From: Pirellulales bacterium
GTDB lineage: Bacteria > Planctomycetota > Planctomycetia > Pirellulales > Lacipirellulaceae
NCBI GenBank assembly: GCA_020849945.1
Contig: JADZFK010000045.1
Coordinates: forward strand, 295-64,294
Direction of reading: 5' to 3'
DNA length: 64,000 nucleotides
Below the pieces are notes generated by a model that saw nothing but the letters and a program-made list of their open reading frames with translations, did no database searches and had not been told where the DNA came from. A program made the translations under genes and the position numbers. Of the stretch, positions 56,867 through 64,000 are shown one piece after another (the stretch's first letter is position 1; each line of letters begins with the position of its first letter).

Positions 56867-56881
56867 GAAGAGCGCGGTCAA

Positions 56882-58018
56882 TCACGCCCCCGCCGAAATC
56901 GCCGCACCCGCTTGCCAATGCGCACCATCGCGTTCGATGCGGCGGTAAAGCGTATCGCGTTCGACCGGTTCGCGGCCGGCTTCAGTAATGATGCGGCGGA
57001 TTTCCTCAACGCAAAGCACCTCGGGCGTCGTCGCGCCGGCATCGTGATAAATTAGTTCGTGCCGCACGGTGCCATCGATGTCGTCGGCCCCGTAGGAGAG
57101 TGCCACCTGCGCCGTGCCGAGGCCCAGCATGATCCAATACGCCTTCAAGTGGGGCACGTTATCGAGCATCAGCCGACTCACTGCCATCGTGCGCAGGTCC
57201 ACAAGGCTGGTGGGCTTCTTCACGTTTGCCAAGCCCGTGTTTTCCGGGTGGAACGCGAGCGGGATAAACGTTTGAAAGCCGCCCGTTTCGTCTTGCAACT
57301 CGCGCAGTCGCAACAGGTGATCGATGCGATGGTACGGCTGCTCGATGTGGCCGTAAAGCATCGTGCAATTCGACCGAAGGCCCAGTTCGTGGGCCGTGCG
57401 ATGGACCTCGAACCAGCGGCGGGCATCGGCCTTGTGTTCGCAAATTTGGTTTCGCACTTCGGGATGGAATATTTCAGCGCCGCCGCCGGGCAAGCTGCCG
57501 AGCCCCGCTTCCCGCATGTCTTCGAGCACCTCGCGGACCGATTGGTTCGCCAGCCGGCAGAACCAATCGATTTCGACCGGTGTCCACGCCTTGAGGTGCA
57601 ACTCGGGGTACGTTTCGTGCAGCAACCGAATGACGTTAAGGTACGCCTCATACTTCATTTGGTGGTGCAGGCCGCCAACGATGTGCATTTCCGTGCAGCC
57701 GTTTTCAACCGCTTCGGCCCCGCGAGCGAGCACCTGCTCATCGCTCATGAAGTACCCCTTGGGGTCGCGCAGGTCCGAGCGGAACGCACAAAAAATGCAG
57801 CGATACACACACACGTTCGTGGGGTTGAGATGCGTGTTGATATTGTAGTACGCAAAGTTTCCGTTCTTGCGTTCGCGCACAAAGTTCGCCAACTCACCAA
57901 CTTCGTTGAGCGGCGCGTCGGGGCCTTCGAGCACGAGGCCATCTTCAAGCGAAAGCCGCTCGCCAGCTTCGACCTTTTCGCAAATGGGCTTCAAAACGGA
58001 GGAGGAAGTGCGGAGCAT
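56882..58018 (-). CDS. mqnE: Radical SAM menaquinone (futalosine pathway) enzyme, MqnE-like; MqnC not excluded
   Basis: CVYRCIFCAF CxxxCxxC cluster motif, GGLHH, LKAWTPVEI, GGGAEIF, LRELQDETGGFQTFIPLAFHPENT. Confidence 0.7.
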   Translation of the reverse strand: MLRTSSSVLKPICEKVEAGERLSLEDGLVLEGPDAPLNEVGELANFVRERKNGNFAYYNINTHLNPTNVCVYRCIFCAFRSDLRDPKGYFMSDEQVLARGAEAVENGCTEMHIVGGLHHQMKYEAYLNVIRLLHETYPELHLKAWTPVEIDWFCRLANQSVREVLEDMREAGLGSLPGGGAEIFHPEVRNQICEHKADARRWFEVHRTAHELGLRSNCTMLYGHIEQPYHRIDHLLRLRELQDETGGFQTFIPLAFHPENTGLANVKKPTSLVDLRTMAVSRLMLDNVPHLKAYWIMLGLGTAQVALSYGADDIDGTVRHELIYHDAGATTPEVLCVEEIRRIITEAGREPVERDTLYRRIERDGAHWQAGAAISAGA

Positions 58019-58120
58019 GGCGGAGGAGGATTCAGGGTACGGTGGCGGGGAACAGGGACGAATGGACTCGAGTCGAGGTGGGTGAGCAAGGTCGAGAAAC
58101 CTTCGCACTTCGTGATTCTT

Positions 58121-58468
58121 TCAAACGAGTTTCTCGGTAAGCATCTCGTTCAATTGTTCAATGAGCAGTGGCACATCCAGCTTGACGGCATCCCAGATGA
58201 TCTTCATTTCAAGTTGGTCATATCCATGAACCAAGATATGCCGAAACCCGATGATGTCGTCCCATCGATTAATTCTCTGGGCAATCTTGGGAGCTATCCG
58301 ATGAAGTTGATAAAGGGCCTCTCCAAGAACCATCATTTCCCGCTCAATAGCCGAACGTAGCAATCGATCCGATTCAAGGTCTGCGGCCGATCGATCAGCG
58401 AGTAACTGAACTGCAAACTGGGCCCGATCGAGCATGTCGCTCAAATACTTTTTGGGATCACGCTGCAT
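58121..58468 (-). CDS. hepT: HepT-like (DUF86) toxin of a type VII TA module
   Basis: Rx4HxY motif in GFRHILVHGY; 115 aa; overlaps the upstream gene by 11 nt. Confidence 0.85.
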   Translation of the reverse strand: MQRDPKKYLSDMLDRAQFAVQLLADRSAADLESDRLLRSAIEREMMVLGEALYQLHRIAPKIAQRINRWDDIIGFRHILVHGYDQLEMKIIWDAVKLDVPLLIEQLNEMLTEKLV

Positions 58469-58796
58469 ACACGATCGTCCGCGATTGGTTCACCGTTCGA
58501 ATAAAATAGGGATTACGCAATGCCCCCTCTACCACCAGATCGACTTCCCTTCCCAATAGCCGCGAAAGGGCCTTTTGAAAGTCGAAATACTGATGGAAGG
58601 CATTCGTCTTCGGATCACGTTCGAACTCGACCAAAAAATCGAAGTCGCTCCGCGATGGGTCAAAACCACCAACTGCCGCCGAGCCAAATAGCTCGAGCCT
58701 TCGAACCGAGAACTGCCCACACAGCTCGGCAAGCTCGCCACGTTTTTCCATAATCGTCGTAAGTGCGTTGGTGCTCTGATCCATAATTGAAATCAA
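58458..58796 (-). CDS. mntA: MntA-like minimal nucleotidyltransferase antitoxin
   Basis: LFGSAAVGG..SDFDFLVEF (GS..DxD nucleotidyltransferase motif). Confidence 0.85.
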   Translation of the reverse strand: MISIMDQSTNALTTIMEKRGELAELCGQFSVRRLELFGSAAVGGFDPSRSDFDFLVEFERDPKTNAFHQYFDFQKALSRLLGREVDLVVEGALRNPYFIRTVNQSRTIVYAA

Positions 58797-58830
58797 GACG
58801 GCCCAGTGAAAGGAGCATTTATCTGCATTA

Positions 58831-59724
58831 TCACCCTTTTCCCACCCAAAGGTCTAGGGTTCCCACGATGAACAGCCCCAGGCTGATGACCGCATTGACG
58901 TTGAAAAACGCGGAATTGACGCGGGAAAGGTCGTCGGGGCGTACCAGCAGGTGCTCGTACACAAGCAGTGTGCCCACGGCGGCCACACCGGCCCCAAACA
59001 CCCAACCCAACAACGGGTAAACGAACGGAAGCAAAGCCAACATGCCGATCGTCATCACGTGGCACACCGCCGCGAGTTTGAGCGCATGCGAGATGCCCAA
59101 GGCGACCGGTACGCTGTGGAGTTTGGCTTGACGATCGGAATCGTAATCCTGGCAGGCGTAGATGATATCGAATCCGGCGACCCACGAAAGCACCGCGCCG
59201 CCGAGTACCAAGGAGGGAAACAAATCTCCCGGGTTTGCGAGGACGACATCACCGCGGATGGCGATCCAGGCGGCAACGGGCGAAAGGGCAAGGGCCGTGC
59301 CTAGCCAAAAATGGGCAAGAGCCGTGAAACGCTTCGCGTAACTGTAACCGGCCAAGATCGCGAGCACCGGCACCGCCAAATAGAGCGGCAACCCATTCGG
59401 CAGAAATAGCAACGTGCTCAAGACGAACCCAATGCCACAAGCAGCCACAAAGGCCGCAACCTGCGGCACGCTAAGGATGTGGGCGGGCAGATGACGCCCC
59501 ATCGTGCGCGGGTTGCGCGCGTCCAATCGTCGATCGACGAGCCGATTCCACGCCATCGCGAAGCTACGGGCCGTCACCATGCACAGCACGATGCCAAGAA
59601 CTTCGAGCCAGCGAAAATCACCAAGCCGCCACGCCATGACCGCCGCCAACATCGCAAACGGCAACGCAAAAATCGTGTGGCTAAAGCGGATAAGTTCCAG
59701 GAAGTAGCGAAAAGTTTTCAACAT
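58831..59724 (-). CDS. ubiA: UbiA-family aromatic prenyltransferase (MqnP-like in a futalosine context)
   Basis: MLKTFRYFLELIRFSHTIFALPF, NRLVDRRLDARNPRT, YACQDYDSD. The longer ORF start lies in a repeat. Confidence 0.85.
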   Translation of the reverse strand: MLKTFRYFLELIRFSHTIFALPFAMLAAVMAWRLGDFRWLEVLGIVLCMVTARSFAMAWNRLVDRRLDARNPRTMGRHLPAHILSVPQVAAFVAACGIGFVLSTLLFLPNGLPLYLAVPVLAILAGYSYAKRFTALAHFWLGTALALSPVAAWIAIRGDVVLANPGDLFPSLVLGGAVLSWVAGFDIIYACQDYDSDRQAKLHSVPVALGISHALKLAAVCHVMTIGMLALLPFVYPLLGWVFGAGVAAVGTLLVYEHLLVRPDDLSRVNSAFFNVNAVISLGLFIVGTLDLWVGKG

Positions 59725-59735
59725 ATAATCAAGAC

Positions 59736-59797
59736 ATCTCACGAGGAGACGCAGAGTAAGAATACCGTTGCTCTGCGTCTCTGCGTCTCTGCGTGAT
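59736..59797. repeat. Short palindromic tandem-arm element (ACGCAGAG type) between ubiX and ubiA
   Basis: ATCTCACGAGGAGACGCAGAG ... CTCTGCGTCTCTGCGTCTCTGCGTGAT. Confidence 0.85.
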
Positions 59798-59817
59798 ATC
59801 CTCTTCATTCAATCGAC

Positions 59818-60447
59818 CTATTTCGTGCCCCATCGTCTCATTAGTTGGTGCCCCACGCCGAGTTGGTCGCAGATGCGGGCAACCACGAAATCGACCAGGT
59901 CGGCGGGCGACTCGACGCCGTGGTACCAGCCCGGCGAAGCGGGCAGAACGACGCCGCCGGCTTCGGTCACGCGGCGCATGTTATCAATGTGGGCCAGGGA
60001 AAGCGGCGTTTCGCGCGTTACGAGGATCAACTTGCGGCGTTCCTTCAAATGCATCTCGGCCGCCCGCTGAATCAGGTTGCCGGCCGACCCGGCCGCCACG
60101 GCGCTCAACGTGGTGCCGCTGCAGGGACAAATCACCATCCCGCCAGTTAGAAACGAGCCGCTGGCCATCGGGGCCAAGAAATTCTGATTGTGGAAGTACT
60201 GAACGTCGCCGACAACCGTGGAAGGGGGGCTGGCGACTCGGGTGAATGACGCGGTAGGCCGCAAGCGGCTGAGGTCGATGTGTTCGAGGTCAAGGTCGAT
60301 CCCCAATTCCTGAAGCAGCACGACGCGGCCTGATGCGCTGATGGAAAGATGCACATCGCGCCCGGCCGCGCGCAGCACTTCGACAAGCCGCACGGCATAA
60401 ACCGCGCCGCTCGCGCCCGTGATACCAAGGATGATGGGGGCAAGCAT
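59818..60447 (-). CDS. ubiX: UbiX-family flavin prenyltransferase
   Basis: ILGITGASGAVYAVRLVEVL, MVICPCSGTTLSAVA. Confidence 0.9.
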   Translation of the reverse strand: MLAPIILGITGASGAVYAVRLVEVLRAAGRDVHLSISASGRVVLLQELGIDLDLEHIDLSRLRPTASFTRVASPPSTVVGDVQYFHNQNFLAPMASGSFLTGGMVICPCSGTTLSAVAAGSAGNLIQRAAEMHLKERRKLILVTRETPLSLAHIDNMRRVTEAGGVVLPASPGWYHGVESPADLVDFVVARICDQLGVGHQLMRRWGTK

Positions 60448-60855
60448 AGAGTTTCAACGATTCAAACTGAACCGCATATGAACGTAAATCAACCCGGAAT
60501 TGGGGTGGTGATTGGCAATCGTTTGAAATGGATTGAGAATGGGATAGGCAAGGTAGCTGTGGTGTGATGAAAACAAGAGCCAACGCTCCCACTTCCCCAA
60601 CCCTCTCCGCAAAGGCACAGGTCTCTACACAAATTGAACAACTTGATGAACTCGCGATGAGAGGACAGTGGGGCCATTCGAATGTACTCTTCTCGCTCTG
60701 CGAGATGAATTTCCGCTCGCGGAGCGAGCGGAGTACTCTAATCAGTTCGACTTGTGTAGATACCAATGCCGCAAGGGGGAGGAAGCCGAAACATTTGCAT
60801 TCTCATTGTGATGGATTCGTTTCTATCTGCGTTCCTCTGCGTTCCGCTGCGGCTA

Positions 60856-61578
60856 CTAAACTGGATTCTCACCTACGTACAATGTAGCCACACCAAAGGT
60901 AAGCGGATAGCGTCGCACGCTTTGCAGGCCGGCGGCTCGCAGCCGCTCGCACAGTGCCTCGCCTTGGGGAAATTCGCCGACGCTCGTCGGCAGGTATTCG
61001 TAGGCATCGCCCGCGTTGCGAGCAAACAAGCGGCCAATACGCGGCAGCACGTGGCGGAAGTACCATCCGTAAATCGCTTGGAACGGTTGCCACGTGGGGG
61101 TGGAAAACTCAAGCACGGCCACGTGCCCGCCAGGGGCACACGCTCGCGTCATTTCGGCGATGCCACGATCGGTATCGGCCACGTTGCGCAGGCCAAAGGC
61201 CACGCACACAATTTGGAACGCGTCACTGGGAACTGGCAGCGACTGTGCATCGGCCTCGATGAACTTAACCCGCGACTGCGCGCCAACTTTCTCCGCCTTC
61301 CGCCGACCAATTTCGAGCATCTCCACGCAAAAGTCGCCGGCCACGATCGCCGTTTTCCCTCCGGCAGCACGATCGTAGGCAAGCGCCAAGTCGCCCGTGC
61401 CGGTACACACATCGAGGATCGGCAGCGGCCCCCGCGGCGGCACCAAACGAACCGTACGCCAACGCCAGTAGCGGTCGATTCCCAACGAAAGGAGATGATT
61501 CAAAAAATCATAGCGGCCGGCAATCCGACCAAACATCGTGCGAACGCGTTCTGACGACTTATCAACGGGCATGGACAA
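60856..61578 (-). CDS. ubiE: Demethylmenaquinone / ubiquinone C-methyltransferase
   Basis: VRTMFGRIAGRYDFLNHLLSLGIDRYWR, VLDVCTGTGDLA, FGLRNV. Confidence 0.92.
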   Translation of the reverse strand: MSMPVDKSSERVRTMFGRIAGRYDFLNHLLSLGIDRYWRWRTVRLVPPRGPLPILDVCTGTGDLALAYDRAAGGKTAIVAGDFCVEMLEIGRRKAEKVGAQSRVKFIEADAQSLPVPSDAFQIVCVAFGLRNVADTDRGIAEMTRACAPGGHVAVLEFSTPTWQPFQAIYGWYFRHVLPRIGRLFARNAGDAYEYLPTSVGEFPQGEALCERLRAAGLQSVRRYPLTFGVATLYVGENPV

Positions 61579-62111
61579 GATTATATCACTCGCTAAGCAA
61601 GTGATAAATGGAGCAAGATACGTGGGAGTAGGCAGGATGCCATCATCGGCTACGAAAAGTAGTCATTGGGCTGCGTCATGGCAACAACGCCGTGCCAAGA
61701 CAAGGCCCCCAAATCACAGTATTGCGAGCCGGGACGAGCTTGGCGAGGCCGAATACCGCCACGAAGGCATCTTTCGAAGGGTTGACAAGCCTGCTTGGCA
61801 GTGTATGCCGTCATGCACTGCAGGCCGCTCCAACAGTTGCCTATTGCATCAAAAGGCCAATCGAGAAACGCTCGGCTCACACTTCCTGAATGCCGCGGAG
61901 TCGAACGACGCCACAACTCCTTAACAAAGATTTCAAGCATCATTCTTGGAACTTTGGCTCAAGTTTCACGATCACTCCCCATACTTCCGACGAGTCGTGC
62001 AACAGGGAATTGGCAGCTCTACCCGATTCATGAAGTCGGTAACGGAACAGTTTTCGTTCAGCGGCGTACCTGCTATTTCGACACTTCTGAGATGGGGGTC
62101 AAAGATTACGT

Positions 62112-63581
62112 ATGGAAATACCTCTGCTTGAACAGCAATCCACGCGAAGACGTGGAGACGTGCAAGACGATCTTGGTGGCAAGCGAGCCAAGGCGACGGA
62201 CAAGGGCAAGAACGAGGCCCGTACTGCTCGTTCGTTGCCGCAGGCCGATCGCCATTCCCAACTATTCCTCGACTTCTGTACCGGTGGGGTCACGAGTTAC
62301 ACGACCCTAGGGCGAGCTAGCCATTTTTGTGACCTCCACGTACGGGGTCAAAACCAATCGTTTACAACCAAGAAGCATAGACGCTTCTCTCGACCCCTAC
62401 CTGGTTTCACGTTGGTGGAACTACTAGTCGTGATTGCGATCATTGGCATTCTCGTCGCATTGCTCTTGCCTGCTATACAGGCGGCACGTGAAGCAGCGAG
62501 GCGAACGCAATGTACGAATAATATTCGTCAAATTGCCTTAGCTTGTGCAAACTTCGAATCGACCATGCGGTTCCTTCCACCTGGTGGGCCGACTTGCGTC
62601 GACACGGCCGAAAATGAAAGTGGCCCCGCCCCTTCATGGTGGGTCATGGGTAATGGGAAGCAAGGTGCTTGCTACGGCCCGAACTGGGCACTTCAACTGT
62701 TCTCGTATGTCGAGGAAGGTTCTCTCGCCGCGTTGGCTTCCGAGGCAACTTCCGACGCGGAGTATGTACAACGAGCAAATCCCTTCGACGTGTGGGACAT
62801 GCAACCCAAAGGTACCCGAAACTGGCGCCCGTTCCACGACAATGTCAGCAGCACCATGACCTGCCCCACTTCGGGAACCCGCGGTGCCATGGTCCCTTAC
62901 AACGACGACGATGACGGCACCTCGGGTACGGCACTTGCGCATCTTGGCCGGGCTAATTATGCCGCATGCTTTGGCGGCAATACCATGCTCAACGCGGTTC
63001 CGCCGGGTTCCACCAATCCCGTCAACCCGGATCCGGGATACGCCGGTATATTCTCGATGGTTCGCATCCGCAAAACCCCGCCCGGCGCTCGAGTCGGCCA
63101 GGGAACGAAGATTTCCAAGGTGGCCGATGGAATGTCAAAAACTGTTCTGCTCAGCGAAGTGCTGACCTGGAACGAAACGAACGAACAAGGCGCGCCGGTA
63201 AGCGATTCCGTCCCCCAAGGTAACGATGACTGGCGCGGGGCGTGGATGATCCCCAGCGTGGGCGCAAGTGCTTTCACCGGGAGGTTCCCACCCAATTCCA
63301 CGGGCCAACGACAGGACTTTCACAAGTCGAACGTGCTAGACAGCTCCGACAAGATCCCGGCTTGCGGTACCGGTTTGGATAAACATCCCGACTTCGCTGA
63401 CATTCCCTGTACCGAAGACAAAGACACGTCCAACATCTGGGCCTCGGCTCGGAGCAAACACAATGAGGGGGTCAACGCGGCGATGGGCGATGGTTCGGTG
63501 CAGTTCGTCGCGGATGACATCGATGCCTATGTATGGCATGCGATGTGTACTCGTGCGGGAAGCGAATCCGTAAATCAGTAG
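62112..63581 (+). CDS. DUF1559 / prepilin-type N-terminal cleavage-methylation protein with H-X9-DG motif (true start unresolved)
   Basis: [40 protein letters not shown] and a C-terminal [17 protein letters not shown]. No canonical start within ~55 codons upstream of the GFTLVE site. Confidence 0.8.
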   Translation: MEIPLLEQQSTRRRGDVQDDLGGKRAKATDKGKNEARTARSLPQADRHSQLFLDFCTGGVTSYTTLGRASHFCDLHVRGQNQSFTTKKHRRFSRPLPGFTLVELLVVIAIIGILVALLLPAIQAAREAARRTQCTNNIRQIALACANFESTMRFLPPGGPTCVDTAENESGPAPSWWVMGNGKQGACYGPNWALQLFSYVEEGSLAALASEATSDAEYVQRANPFDVWDMQPKGTRNWRPFHDNVSSTMTCPTSGTRGAMVPYNDDDDGTSGTALAHLGRANYAACFGGNTMLNAVPPGSTNPVNPDPGYAGIFSMVRIRKTPPGARVGQGTKISKVADGMSKTVLLSEVLTWNETNEQGAPVSDSVPQGNDDWRGAWMIPSVGASAFTGRFPPNSTGQRQDFHKSNVLDSSDKIPACGTGLDKHPDFADIPCTEDKDTSNIWASARSKHNEGVNAAMGDGSVQFVADDIDAYVWHAMCTRAGSESVNQ

Positions 63582-63796
63582 CCATCCACTCAGCGTATCC
63601 ACGAGGACAATACTGCGCTATTCGTCTCCCCACCTTTGCTCCTGCGGTTTACGCGTGGCACACCGACTTCACACCGCCTGGACTCCTTTACAACTTCTCC
63701 AACATTTCTTTTTCCTATTGTGCAATTCTTCATGGGTTTTTGCTACAACATCATCGCCTTCGCATTCGCCAACGACTACCTACAACGGGGATAATC

Positions 63797-64000
63797 ATGC
63801 GTCGCAAAGCTCAACCATCATTACACAGACGTGCTGGCATCGGCTTGAATCGAAAACATAAGGGTTGCAGACGTTCCGCATCACAGCGAAGGTCGCGGCT
63901 TTCGTTCGAGTCGCTCGAAAGGAGAGAGCTGCTGGCGGTGACAACGTTTCAGTTTGGCGCCAGTGGGTACGAGGGCCAGCAGGATACGGTGATTTTCTCG
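63797..64000 (+). CDS. Secreted protein, N-terminal fragment (runs off the window)
   Basis: MRRKAQPS...RLSFESLERRELLAV. This N-terminal motif is typical of large planctomycete extracellular proteins. The frame is open to the window end and is absent from the ORF track. Confidence 0.6.
   Translation, partial: MRRKAQPSLHRRAGIGLNRKHKGCRRSASQRRSRLSFESLERRELLAVTTFQFGASGYEGQQDTVIFS

Noticed and set aside
60564-60887. 107 aa ORF in the ubiE-ubiX gap
   Set aside because: It has no motifs, spans repeat fragments and overlaps the ubiE 3' end. It is treated as non-coding.

Overview
GC-rich bacterial chromosomal segment with Planctomycetota (Pirellulales-like) hallmarks: a DUF1559 prepilin-type H-X9-DG protein, a PEP-CTERM plus dockerin-like secreted protein, an ESLExRxLLA N-terminal motif, FRFxxKxL membrane-anchor motifs and futalosine-type menaquinone genes. 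I support about 50 CDSs. They include a GH3-like/SDR/enolase-superfamily trio; pyruvate:ferredoxin oxidoreductase with a DHOD-like partner; one IS701-family insertion; a gcvT-gcvH-gcvPA-gcvPB-lipoate ligase operon; and housekeeping genes (gltA, nagB fusion, sodC, nadD, priA, rnhA, recG). There are also two histidine kinases, two toxin-antitoxin modules (a PIN-like gene with an in-frame TAG; HepT/MntA) and a ubiE/ubiX/ubiA/mqnE-like cluster. No rRNA, tRNA or CRISPR array was recognised. The most unusual signal is non-coding. A dispersed family of long palindromic elements has arms built from tandem 7-9 nt units ending in GAG (CACAGAG, CACGGAG, AGTCAAGAG, ACGCAGAG, GTCGAGG) around AT-rich cores. 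These fill every intergenic gap of the gcv operon, and one copy sits in frame inside gcvPB. Two further repeat classes are present: a ~183 bp MITE-like element in two copies, and a 47 nt GC-rich double hairpin that brackets recG in inverted orientation. All calls rest on reading the sequence and ORF translations and on remembered family motifs; no database search was run. Start codons were often moved downstream of the ORF-track start because palindromic repeats create spurious 5' extensions.
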